Assembly (NCBI GenBank): GCA_950097015.1
Contig: CATNEN010000015.1
Span: forward strand, 372,001 to 436,000
Direction: 5' to 3'
DNA length: 64,000 nucleotides
Source: Macrostomum hystrix
Taxonomy: Eukaryota; Animalia; Platyhelminthes
The translations under genes and the position numbers were made by a program. Positions 23,661 through 36,200 of this stretch are shown here, piece after piece (position 1 is the first letter of the stretch; each line of letters begins with the position of its first letter). The notes under the pieces are model-generated. The model was not told the DNA's origin and ran no database searches. It saw only the letters and a program-made list of their open reading frames with translations.

Positions 23661-24600
23661 TTCCCTACCTGTCTGAATTGCCTGCTGTCTCCCTTCCTTA
23701 CCTGCCTTGTCTACATTCCCTGTCTATCTACCTTATCTGTCTATCCACTTTCCCTGTCTATCTACCTTTCCTGTCTATCCACCTTCCCTGTCTATCCACC
23801 TTCCCTGTCTATCTACCTTCCCTGTCTATCTACCTTTCCTGTCTATCTACCTTCCCTGTCTATCCACCTTCCCTGTCTATCTACCTTCCCTGTCTATCTA
23901 CCTTCCCTGTCTATCTACCTTATCTGTCTATCCACTTTCCCTGTCTATCTACCTTTCCTGTCTATCCACCTTCCCTGTCTATCCACCTTCCCTGTCTATC
24001 TACCTTCCCTGTCTATCTACCTTCCCTGTCTATCTACCTTCCCTGTCTATCCACCTTCCCTGTCTATCTACCTTCCCTGTCTATCTACCTTCCCTGTCTA
24101 TCTACCTTTCCTGTCTATCCACCTTCCCTGTCTATCTACCTTCCCTGTCTATCTACCTTCCCTGTCTATCTACCTTTCCTGTCTATCCACCTTCCCTGTC
24201 TATCTACCTTCCCTGTCTATCTACCTTCCCTGTCTATCTACCTTTCCTGTCTATCCACCTTCCCTGTCTATCCACCTTCCCTGTCTATCTACCTTCCCTG
24301 TCTATCTACCTTCCCTGTCTATCTACCTTCCCTGTCTATCTACCTTCCCTGTCTATCTACCTTCCCTGTCTATCTACCTTATCTGTCTATCCACCTTCCC
24401 TGTCTATCTACCTTCCCTGTCTATCCACCTTCCCTGTCTATCTACCTTCCCTGTCTATCCACCTTCCCTGTCTATCTACCTTCCCTGTCTATCCACCTTC
24501 CCTGTCTATCTACCTTCCCTGTCTATCTACCTTACATCTCTATCTACCTTCCCTACCAGTCTACCTTCCCTGTCTCCTCTACCTTCCTGTCAGTCTACCT
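23661..24600 (-). repeat. Minisatellite, 17-bp unit TTCCCTGTCTATCTACC (right arm, inverted relative of the 22636-23355 array)
   Basis: Direct reading; 14/17 identical to the reverse complement of the left-arm unit. Confidence 0.96.
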
Positions 24601-24983
24601 TCAGTTCTTTTGGTTTGATTTTGATTGGTTTAAATTGTAGATTTTTTGTTTTATCGGATCCAAATTTGATCGAAGCGGGAAAGACATGACGTGACTTCTT
24701 GCTCAAGATTACGAGCGTAGCTGCTCACATTTGCATCGAGCCGCGATTAGAAGATACAGGGAGACAAGAATAGATTGAATTTAATTCGATGAATTTAAAA
24801 CTGTCTGAGATTCTGGACGCTATGGGACTGGGAATGAAATATTGTTCGAGATCATATTTCTACAATTTTGGAATAATATTGGATTAGCTCGTAGGATAAT
24901 AATCTATTTGGGTTGATACGAATCAAATTTGTTAAGCATATTAGACTTTAGATCATGCCGGACTTCGGATCACGTCACATTGG

Positions 24984-25490
24984 CGGTTTGGGATCAGATT
25001 GGGTTTGGGATCAGATTGGGTTTGGGATCATATTGGGTTTGGGATCAGATTGGGTTTGGGATCATATTGGGTTTGGGATCAGATTGGGTTTGGGATCAGA
25101 TTGGGTTTGGGATCATATTGGGTTTGGGATCAGATTGGGTTTGGGATCAGATTGGATTTGGGATCAGATTGGGTTTGGGGTCATATTGGGTTTGGGATCA
25201 GATTGGGTTTGGGATCATATTGGGTTTGGGATCAGATTGGGTTTGGGATCAGATTGGATTTGGGATCAGATTGGGTTTGGGGTCATATTGGGTTTGGGAT
25301 CATATTGGGTTTGGGATCATATTGGGTTTGGGATCATATTGGGTTTGGGGTCATATTGGATTTGGGGTCATATTGGGTTTGGGGTCATATTGGGTTTGGG
25401 ATCATATTGGGTTTGGGATCAGATTGGGTTTGGGATCAGATTGGGTTTGAAATCAGATTGGTGTTTGGGATCAGATTGGGTTTGGGATCA
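24984..25490. repeat. Minisatellite, 17-bp unit GGGTTTGGG(A/G)TCA(G/T)ATT
   Basis: Direct reading; two G3 runs per unit. Confidence 0.96.
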
Positions 25491-26393
25491 TAAACGACCC
25501 GAAAACAGTTCAGATATTTGATTTCAAAGATGGAAAATTATAAAGCCTAGGTATTCCTGCCGTGACTCTGGTTTCAGAGACCAAAATCATCAAGTCCGAA
25601 ATGTTTTACGTGAACGTCACGGACAACTAGAACACCATCAGGTCCCTCCAGGGACGAGCTTCCTTCGGTTGTCCCTGGTTCAGGTCTATTTCTCGCTTTG
25701 TTGTAAAAATTAAATCAAAACTTTGAGTAATGTGCGGTTTTTACATTGAATGCCTTTGTAGCTGAGCATTTGCAAGTTGCTTTTATAAGCAAGTCACGTG
25801 AGTTGGACTAAAGCTACTTTCTAGCGCTTGAGAAAATGTTTGTCCTGATTCACAGCCAGCTCATTGCTCGCTGTTGCTGAAGGCTTTGGCTTAAACTGCT
25901 TTTGTTATTTTATTTTGTTCAAAAACTAGAATACATAAAAAATGATTCAGCAAACTTCAAGCAAGTCTTTTTGTTGCTTCTGATTTCTGCTTTTTTATTA
26001 AGGAAAATTGTTTGCCGTATTTTCCACACCGAACAGGAAATTAGTTTTCAATGCCATGCAAAATTTTCAGCAGCTAAAATTGATTGAATTTGGGCCGGCA
26101 AAGTTGAATGCAATTTTTCTAATTGCACGCGGGAATTCTTCGTTTTGAGAAATTCTGTTCGCAAGCAGATATTGCTGTGGCATCTGGTTTTCATACAAGC
26201 CAGAATATTCTTAATTAAGTGCGTAAGATTCCCACGCATTCCCACAGATCCCATGATGAAAGTTGCTGACTTCATTTGATTATATCCCTAATACAATTGG
26301 AATGGGACTCTAGCAACAATCAACAATGGCTTGCTGATTGCTGATCAATTGCTAACAAGATATTCGAGTTTAAGTGCATCAGAAAGCATTTGT

Positions 26394-26810
26394 GAGGATT
26401 GGTGAGGATTGGTGAGGATTGGTGAGGATTGGTGAGGATTGGCAAGGATTGGCAAGGATTGGTGAGGATTGGTGAGGATTGGTGAGGATTGGTGAGGATT
26501 GGTGAGGGTTGGTGAGGATTGGTGAGGGTTGGTGACGATTGGTGAGGATTGGTGAGGATTGGTGAGGATTGGTGAGGATTGGTGAGGATTGGTGAGGATT
26601 GGTGAGGATTGGTGAGGATTGGTGAGGATTGGTGAGGATTGGTGAGGATTGGTGAGGGTTGGTGAGGATTGGTGAGGGTTGGTGACGATTGGTGAGGATT
26701 GGTGAGGATTGGTGAGGATTGGTGAGGATTGGTGAGGATTGGTGAGGATTGGTGAGGATTGGTGAGGATTGGCGAGGATTGGCGAGGATTGGTGAGGATT
26801 GGTGAGGATT
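26394..26810. repeat. Minisatellite, 10-bp unit GGTGAGGATT, about 41 copies
   Basis: Direct reading. Confidence 0.97.
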
Positions 26811-27769
26811 TTTACACATAAAAAAGTTTAAAAGCATATTTAAGAAATGCAAATAACATTTCTGAGCTACATAGTCTTACATACTACTGGGGGGAGGAAA
26901 AAGTAGTAGAAGCTGCGAATGTCAAGTATGGAGAACAAAATGAACAGCTTTTTGTTGGAAGTTTAGAAGAATTTCAAGAATGAACAACGAACGAACTCAG
27001 CAGTTGAATTGTCTGAAACGAATTGCACTTGCACGAGACGCGGGTCATTATATATCATTTGAACAGCTCGTTGGCATCAATGTAGATACTCGCTAGGCTA
27101 GCCAGATAATAAATTGACAACGTGCTCACGAGCTAAGAGGGAGTAACGTACAGTACTGCGCTTAATGAAAAAGTACTAATACTTATTAGCAGCAGGGCTC
27201 TCACAACAGCTTCCTAACTTCTCATATCGAAGAATTCAACTTGTTGCTGTATAAAAAGTGTACGGTTTACAATATTGTGCCCGTTTTTATACAGTAGTGC
27301 CTGTGATTCACAGGCAGTTGTGTTTGAAGCCGGTTTGTTTGGCTCGGCCCTGGCCCACCCCCTTTCTCACCCTCCTCCCCCGGCCTATGCTCAGGGTGCC
27401 CTGTGCCGCCATCTGATTGGCTGGGCGCGGGCATTGTCTGCCAACCCTTACCCTTGCCTGCAATAGCAAGGTGATTAGCTCATCTGTTCTATTGCAGCAA
27501 AGGATAACCATGAAAGCAAAGAACAGATTGGAGTGGGGCGGGTGATGGGTGGGTGGGTGAGTGGATATGAGTTGATGTGATTGACCTTTTAAAATAAAGT
27601 TTGAATCAAATAAAAAACAAATGCAAATTAGTTAATTTGATCCTCAGCGCCTTTTAACTTAGGAATTTCCAAGTGTCGGACAGTGTTTGACAGTTTCGGG
27701 CTACCCAAGTAGATATAAACGACAATTTAGTAGTCCGTGTGTTCGTGATGGCTGCGACTCGAAAACATT

Positions 27770-28060
27770 TTGATCTGGCCAGATGTAGAACCCTTGGGAA
27801 TGCCCGGCCTGGACCCTGACTTGCCGAGGCTTGAGATCGCCGATGACCATCCAGCTGCGTTTTTCAAGCTGTTTCTGACCGTTGGTCTGCTGCAACAACT
27901 CTGCGATTGGACCAATGCGCGGGCGTGGAGTAAATCGATGAGCGAGCGTCGATCCAGAACCTGCCTCAAAGGTTCTCTACTTGGAAAGACGTGGCAATTG
28001 ACGAGATAAAAAAAGTTTGTCGCTATGTCGCTTTACATGGGAATAGTTAACCGCGCCCGC
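27770..28060 (+). pseudogene. Degraded piggyBac-family transposase fragment (N-terminal part of the DDE_Tnp_1_7-type region)
   Basis: PLGMPGL...PAAFFKLFLTVGLLQQLCDWTNARA, then after a frameshift RFSTWKDVAIDEIKK, and after a +1 A in an A7 run FVAMSLYMGIVNR. This matches the piggyBac pattern PxxxFxLFxxxxLxxIxxxTNxxA...WxxVxxxEIxxFxGxxxxMG. A stop follows shortly after. Confidence 0.75.
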
Positions 28061-29388
28061 TCCGGCGAACTTTAAGATTCGATCTGTAAAGACGGTCACT
28101 TACTGCGAAGTCTCAAGTTATTGCATGCAAATACACCGAAATTGAAGTCATCGTGTCATCCTGCGTTCCGACCGGTAAGCGCTGCATTCGTTTCTTTCCT
28201 TACGGATTGCCAGGACTTATACGGAGTGCTGTATCTAACTTAGAAGTACTGTGTGAGCGTCCTAACACCACCAGTGCCAGGCTGAAGCAGAGCGTCCCAA
28301 CGCATGGTTTAGCAATTATTCTTATTATAATCGTTCTTATTAGTACTGTATAGGCTGGGGATCCCAAACCGACCACAGTCACTACAATACGCTCGTTCTG
28401 CTAAAAATTATTCAATTCTTAGCCACTCTTGATACGGACGACGGCCATGTCATCCGGGGCCGAAGCCCAGAGCCGCTAAAGGACATCCTGCTGTGGACTT
28501 TGCAGTTACCGCGCAGGAGCAGACAGGGACGAGCGGGTCGCTAAAACGACCCTCTTTTTAATGACGCGCGAGCAGCCAGGCAACCGGCGTGAAGCATGTC
28601 AGCGACCTAGCATTGAAGCGCGTGATTTGACACCCTCTCTCTTTTGGCCACTTTGTAGTCGGCGTGTGTGGTTCTCATATCATTATTTTTGTACCATGAA
28701 ATTCTGTACCATTTGTACCCGACGGGCTGAAAATCGTGCCCGTTAATTGGACATAAACTCTAGAAATACCGTGGGGGTATTCCTAGTACCCACAGTTTTC
28801 TTTTTTCTACACCTCCAAAAATATTCCACCCATCGGCATGAAAATGCAGAACGTAGGGCTAAAATACGATGAAACAGTTTTCAGAATGTTCAACGATGCG
28901 TCGCGTCGCTGAGATGTTCAACGATGATGACATACGAGTATATGTCTCCTGACTGAAGACTGCATGCAAAATAGTATTATTCAATATCAGATTTGGAAAC
29001 GCAGCCGTATTTGAGATACTGATCGGATGCTTTTGATGAACGTCCCGACGGTCGCCGCCGATGCTCCAGACGGTGATTAAGGGGATCCTTGTGACTGTGA
29101 TGCTGAGAACAAGGGTCCCTACGACAGATGGACTCAGATTATTGAGCCAATATGGATTCTTGAATTCTCGAATACGTATTTCTTGAAACTAACTATTTGT
29201 ACTCTACTGGCGCTTTGGTCCTATGGTTATTTCTCCTACTGTATTTGCAAGTTTGCACAAGTTGTATTTGTTTAATTTTTACGTGTGTTTTAGCAGAAAT
29301 TTTAGCAAAAGTTTTAGCCAAAATAGACAATGAATATTTCCGATAGCTATTATGATAATTTATGCCTTTTTTATGACAGATTAACCAA

Positions 29389-29398
29389 TTTATTTATT
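29389..29398 (-). terminator. Candidate polyadenylation signal (two overlapping AATAAA) for the giant gene
   Basis: TTTATTTATT on the plus strand, about 460 nt past the stop at 29852, in an AT-rich tract. Confidence 0.35.
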
Positions 29399-29851
29399 AT
29401 CACCATGGCCGATAGAATAGTGATGTTAAAAGGTTAATTGGAAAAGGTTGGAATTGAATAATTAGCAAAAAATGCTGCACTTATATACGTCGTAATTGAA
29501 CCAATATTTGAAATATGAATCTAGATAATTCGCTTAATTATAACAATGGCCTTCATTTTTCAATGAAAAGCACAACCCAGAGAGGAACCCAGATTTTACA
29601 ACTGATTCCTTTTTGTAAGGCCTAATGTAGTCCCTTATGAAGCCTAATTCTTGTGGCAATTGAACCACGTACACTATCGTGCAAAACTCCTGAAGGCAGA
29701 ACAGCGGATGAGCTTCTCTATCAGAAAGCCTTTTTACAAAGTCCAGGTAAAATCGAATTAAAATTTTAGTTTCGAAATGAAAATCTCAGAAATAAAATAG
29801 AATCAGAGCGATAAAAGTCCATTCACTGGAGCACAGTCATCAAGGTTAATC

Positions 29852-30285
29852 CTAAACTTCGGTTTCGTCAACGGGATCTGCCTGGCTGGCCGACGAAGTG
29901 CCAGAACCGGCGCTTCCAATCCTTCGCGTGACGATGCGGTCTCCCTTAGCAACAATTCGGTCAGCTGGCCAGGCCTCCAGCCTCTCTTGCAGATTGAATT
30001 CCTTGGCGGCCTCATGAGTAGACGTGGCTGGTTCTACAGCAGATTCAGCGCTCCAGGCCTCCCGAGACCGCGGAACTTCCGACACCTGCTGAGCCTCAGA
30101 GGCGGGCTGGATCACTCGGGATTTTCTAGAATTCAGGTTTGATCAGGGTCAATGGTTTGTTACACTTTGACAAACTCAATGCACAGTGAAAGTTACCGCA
30201 GGTTTCTCCGCACGAAGATGGTGGCAAGGACGAGGCCGACTAGAGCAAAAGCCACGCCTAAGGAGATGACTGTTGGCATCATCCA
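29852..30285 (-). CDS. Giant protein: transmembrane helix, basic stop-transfer segment and about 95-aa cytoplasmic tail
   Basis: WMMPTVISLGVAFALVGLVLATIFV followed by RRNLR|KSR; the tail ends ...DPVDETEV*. Confidence 0.85.
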
Positions 30286-33200
30286 GTTCATTCCGGATCC
30301 TTCGATCGGAGGCTCGCATTTTGAACCTGGCGGACAGATGCAGGAGGCGCTGCCGCCGCTGCCCTCACTGCAGATGAGCGGCGGGTCGCAGCGCAGCAGG
30401 GCGCAAGGGTCGGCGCGCTCGCAGCGGTCTCCCAGCCAGCCAGCGGGGCAGCCGCACCAGTAGCCTTCAAAGCCGTCGGCGCGACGATCATCGAGGCAGG
30501 AGGGGTCCCACTCGGGTCCGCGGCAGGTGCCATTGTTAAGGCACGGCATGGCCAGCAATGCCATGGTGACTTCAACAACCTCGGAGCCCCTGATCGAGCC
30601 ATCGAGTTCGAACACGCCAGCGAACTCAAAGCTGTAGCGGCCGTAGCCGTGACTCATCGGCCTGAACTCGTACACGTTAGTGAGCCACTTTGCCTGCGGC
30701 AGGTCGTCGACACCGGGCGGTTTCTGGGAGCTCGATCTCAGCAGCACCAGCTCGTGACCTCCCGGACTACGGAGGCTTAGCTTGGCGGCTGCGCGAGCTG
30801 AGGTGGCGCAGCTGATGGCGAACTCGATGCCACTGGAGTCTGTCTCGTCCTGCTTGATCTGAAAGGAGAGAGATTGTTTAGAATGTTCCTTTAGAATTTA
30901 AATTTAAACTGCAGCGATGCTAAGTTTACAAGGAAGTGAATGGCCCTTTGGAAACCTGGCAGTACGCCCTTGTTGTTATACTAATTTGCGAGTAGAAGGT
31001 GTAGAGACTGTGCTCACCACAGTCCGAAGCGGTCCTTTCAGTGCCGTCCCGTTCTTTACGAACAGAATGTCAGTGCGATAGCGGCCGCCGCTCACGCTGA
31101 GCAGGAAGACTCCCTGAGTCTGCTGCGGTGGCACCCCGGATGGCGGCTTGTCGGTCACCACAAGTGGAAGGCTCTCCGTCCACTCCAGCTCGTCCGCGGT
31201 GGAGCTGGGCCGGTACACTAGCAGGCCGTCAGCTGACATGCTGGCCTGACCGAGCTTGGCTGTGCCTCGCAGCTCCCACACAATTGGATCTTCTTCGGGG
31301 TCGGTGGCCACCAGCTGCCGCTTGAACTCAACTGGAATGTTGTGAAAGATGAAAGATGAAAGATGGCGTCTTCATTTACGTGCACTTTAATCTGTTTACT
31401 CGTACATTCGTACATTCGTACTCCGCAGGGCTATCGACGAACGTCAGTCATTTCATTGAACTCCGTTGGCCAGCGAAAGCCGAGACCCTCTTTTTGGCTC
31501 CCAAATTTTTCAACCTAGCTCGCTGACTGGCTGCTCAGTTCTCAGTGACCTTTCCCCTCCAGCAACTGTCACTTGTCTGACCCTGCATCTTAGCCGTACC
31601 GCTCCGTCATACTTGGCTTTTTTAAATTAAGTACGCGACCACAATTCCTATCTGCGCCACAACAGCATTGCAGATTGCAGAGCCTTACCAACAGCATCTT
31701 CCGGCGAGCTGAAGTTGGCGAACAGGTCGGACTGAATCACTGGCGCTGAGTTGTAGGGCGACTTAGCGATGCTGCACATGGCGAACATTCGCTCCTGCGT
31801 CAGCGTGACAGCCAGCGCTTCGCCTGGGGCTGAGTCGAAAATTCCGGCCAGCTGCCAGACTTGGCTGTCTGCAAGCGTGTAAAGCAGTTTTGGCGCTGTA
31901 ATTTTCGATAATTTGAAGCGAATATTCATTAGTACTTACCTGTGTCCCAGTAAATAAGACTGTCCACTACATCCTGCTCAGGGTCAGCGCTCCGGCGCTC
32001 TCGATTAGCAGCCAGCTGCTGATGAGGCTTCACCTGCAGCTCGATGCTGGCTCTGCCGACCGGCGAGATCGCGAAGGTGCTGCCGAATTCTCGAATGCGG
32101 CGAGTCAAGAGGCGCGCGGTGCGGTGCTTCGTCCACTCCGGGTGCACAATGTACGGTTTGTAGGAAGCCGCTGCCGATGAGTCGTACTCCTCCTTAGTTC
32201 GCTCGTCTGTCAGCTGCTCGAAGTACAAGGATGTGCCATCAGGATAGTCGCCGATAGCTCTGACCTCCGGCATGCCAAGCCGTTCGGAGCTGAACTTCGC
32301 AGGCAGGGCTTGCGACTTCAGGCGAGAAATCTGAATGACGAGACGGTCATCGGGCACAATGGTCTGCTTACTGAGCGTTCGATTAGCGCACACGTAAGCC
32401 TTCGTGCAGGCCTGGAGCTTGATGAATATCGTCCTTGGGGATGAGAAGAGTGATGGTGTTCGGTTAACAAAATCTGAAATTGCAGACCCACTTTATATGG
32501 CAGATAAGAAATAGACCATTCTGTCTACTGCTTACTTTCCAGGCTCCAAGTAAAACCTATTTTTGGTGGAATCTGTGCTAATGTTTCTCCTTAGGCTTGA
32601 TAATGTGATGTTGTGCTCAGAGTCATCTACACCGTTCCATTGGATGGTATTGTTCTTGATCAGCACTGTGACAGATGTATCTGAGTCGTTAGCTTTTGGC
32701 GCAGGAATGCACGATAATACGTCATCGAGTCGGTTCTCAGCAGAGCTCACGCAAAGCTCTAAAATGGAACAACATTTAGAATTAAAATATGATCAGGACT
32801 AGGGATGTTTTCCATAAGAACTCCAGCCAAATAAATTGCTTCTACTCGCACCGTAGAAATTCAGCCTATCATCCAGCTTAAAGCTCAGAGTGGCGCCCAC
32901 GACGCTCTGGTCCGACTGCTTCTTTGAGTCTGGAGGCGATACGTCGAAGTCGAAATCCGTCACGCCGATGAGCGAGGAGTTCACAACACTGAGGTCTGGA
33001 GGGTCCGTCATCACGGTCAGCCCAACCTGGTCGTGGTAAAACATTGAAAGACCGGCGTTGTTGATCGCGCGGACACTGACGTAATAGGTCTCTCCGTTGA
33101 CCAGGGTGAGGTTGGTGTTCATGCCTGTCGGATTGGAGCCCACCGATTTCCACGTCTGCAGATTTGAGCTCTTTGGTGAAGTGCCTACCGCCCAGAAGAA

Positions 33201-36200
33201 CTCCTGCAGAAGAGTTCGGGTGCGGAGTGAGTAAGTATTCGAATTAAAGGAATAAAAAAATTTTTTTTTTGAAACTCTTAAACATACGCTAATTAGAGAT
33301 TCATTGTCGCTGATGATCCAAAGCGCGCGAATAGTTGTTGTGGAGGCTGTGTAGTTAGTTGGCGCGAACGGATAAGGTGACTCAGGATCATTGTACATCA
33401 TCGGAGCCTGATCGTCCGCCAGTGGTGGCGTGGTATCGATCAACAAGCCGGAGGTGAAGCTAGTTGCCGACTGACCGTTTGCTTGAATTGCCATCACTTA
33501 AAGACAGAAATCGTTAGTTTGCGCTTAGACAGAAAGTCGCAAAAAGTGTGAGCTCTAAAATCTACCCATTTTAGCTCGTAACTGTACCACAAAGGAACTC
33601 AAAGTACAACTAACGTTGCGCATAAATCAGGGTATAAATTGTTCAGCTGCCCTTCAGGAACTCACCTCCAATCTGATAAGTTTCTCCATTCGTCAGATTC
33701 AGCTGGGACAAAGTCAAGCGCACCTCAGTGAACCCGCTGTCTCGGCACCTGGGATCGCAATGGAGATGGTCGCACGGATGCAGACACGGGATGCAGGGCT
33801 GGTACAGGACCTGCCAGTCGGACACTTGAGTTTCGTTCCAGAACACAGCGGCGTTGTAGGCGACAATCGGGTTAGTGCCAGCGATGAAGGCTGTGCCGTA
33901 GCGGCACTTCTCCGTCGTTGGCTGTGGCAGCCGAATATCTCGTAGTTGCACTTTCTCTCTCCAGCGATTGAGAACATTTTCTGGGTCCAGACGCGGAACA
34001 AAGTTGGCCTTGGTGTGAGTGAGCAGGCTGAGTCTGGCCCGATTCATGGTTGGAAGACCTGAGAGAGTGACTACCGTTTCTCCGTCAACCTCAGCTCTCG
34101 CACTCCATTCTCTGTGCCCGGAGTCCTGAGCTACGCTGTGCACATGCAGCGTGTAGTTGTGCAGATCCCCACTGGGATCAAAGTTTAGGGATGCGAGCTG
34201 ACTGACGCTCTCGAGCGAGTTATTTTCATGCGAGCACCATAGCACAATGGCAGGCTGGTCAGCTGGTTCGTATAGGATCTGCAGCCCACACGCTGCGTGC
34301 ACTCGGTTGATGTCATCGATGTCGCCGTTAAGGGTGTCGTCAGGCAGGGGCAGAAGATTCTCGATCACTTTTGATCCTGTGGCTCGTGTCGGTCTAGGAG
34401 TTGGGGGCGGTCGGCTGAGGTCTCGACTCATGTTAACTCTCAGGTAGTCCAGAAACTCAGGTGTGCAACCCTCGCACATGTCGCTGCAGTTGGGATACGC
34501 CACGGGATCCGGGAAGACGCAGCAGCTGCATGTGTACTGGGACCAGTCCTCCTCTGGAACATAATCGATGTCACCCACCACCCCGGCGGGACCGTCCCAA
34601 AGCACCAGGCTGGTGACCACGTGACTTGAGTTCGCTACACGCGCTCTGAAGCTGTACGAAGCACCAATGCCCAGATGAGAATCCGCCTGAATCGCGCTTG
34701 AAAGCACCCTGGCCGATGTCAGGTCTCGCTCCAGGTGCAGGTCCCAGTCAGCGCCGCCTTGTCCGATGGGAGACGCCAGATCGTGGCGGAACCGCAAGCT
34801 CCACCACTCGTCCATGTTCCACAGACCTGCTGTGTTCAGTGTCTGCCACTCGATGCGGTTGGGACTCCTCAGCGGACAGGGATCAGCTGAAGCTTTTGGG
34901 AAATGGAGCAGCGTGGCCGTCAAGGAGTCTGACCTGCCCGAGTAGCTTGCGTCTTCTGTGAAGTTGGATCCATCAACCACGGAGCCCGATTTGGGTAGGG
35001 ACGTATCCAGAAGTATCGGGCTTGTCTGGTCTCTGGTTTTCAGTTCGGCTCGGTTTTCGGCTTCAATCGTCACAATGTAGGGCACTCCCGGCTCGAGATC
35101 CAGATCTCTGAATGTCACTTCTGTGGTTGTGGAAGTGTCATTGACTTTCACCGAGGCCTCCAGGCCCGTGATGTCTAGCACCGCTATCAGGTTCACCAAA
35201 TCGGCGGCAGCGCAGCCTGCAGTACGCCACAACTGAAGCTTGACGTGCGACAGTCCGGAGTCCGCATCCTCGTAGCCTCGCCACTTCACGTGCAGGGCAC
35301 CAGCCTCCACTGAGAACGTCAGTTTCTGAGACGCGTTGGTGTGTTTTGGTTATGAAAAGTCTAACTGCATTCAAAACTTGTTTAATGAAGAATTGCAAAG
35401 GCAAGGGCTCACCATGTTGTAGAACGGCCCCGCTGTGATTTCACCCTTTGTGGGAGGGTTGTTGTCAAACAAGAAGCTAGAAACCGAGGCGTTGCACTCG
35501 CCCGCTTCGTCAAGTCCGATGACGATTATGTACAAGGTTTCGGCCTGCTTGAGCTCGAGGTCAGTCAGCCTCACCATGGTGTCAGTGCTTACTGAGATCA
35601 GCGGCTGGACGTCGAATGTGAAGTTGAACACATCGCCGATCTTATCCCGATGTGTTAGCTGAAAAGTGCAGCCATTGATTAGTTTCGTCCTGCCCAGGTG
35701 TGATTTGGAATGCAGAGCTTTATTCTCTCTTCTTACTATTTTGTGGCAGTCAGTGTCACCCGGAATCGGCATGCTTGATATTCCTGTGAAATAGGACACT
35801 ATCTCCAGCTCCTGCTTCTCATTCAATGCTGACTTGAACCTGCCCCAAGAATATCTCAGGTGGAACAAGCCTGAGCTGGTCTCTGAGTGCTCGGCTCCGT
35901 TTTCTGTGCTCACGAAACGCGGCACGTTGATATCCGCTCCTGAAACAGTTGCCGGATTTCAACTGGTAAACCAAAATCTAAAAATATACTTTCCCACGTT
36001 TCTTACTGAAAACTGTCGAGTCATAGCCCACTCGCATGCCCGAAGACGTGACCTCCGTTGAGGCGAATCCTTTTGAATAGGCGCGAACCGTGGCATAGTA
36101 CATCCCCTTGATTGGGACGAGATCGAGGTCGTACGCCGTGAACGTTTTGTTCCGACCCACATTCACAAACGGCAGCACGTTGTCTCTGGTCTTGGGGTAG

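Noticed and set aside
15759-26852. ORFs over the arrays at 15.8, 17.6, 19.4, 22.6, 23.7, 25.0 and 26.4 kb, including the R/G/E-rich and Trp/Gly-rich ones
   Set aside because: Same satellite artefact; unit lengths not divisible by 3 give cyclic permutations in all frames.
28729-28790. Hairpin ACGGGC...GCCCGT followed by CTAG, and a TIR-like AACTCTAGAAATACC
   Set aside because: The spacing and the missing T after CTAG do not fit a Helitron end, and I found no matching opposite TIR.
31344-31364. Triple 7-bp repeat (GAAAGAT)x3 that looked like a frameshift in a cadherin-like exon (VHVNEDAIF...)
   Set aside because: It is the polypyrimidine tract of the acceptor at 31332-31333; splicing EDAV|VEFKRQLVATDP gives the correct phase and domain.
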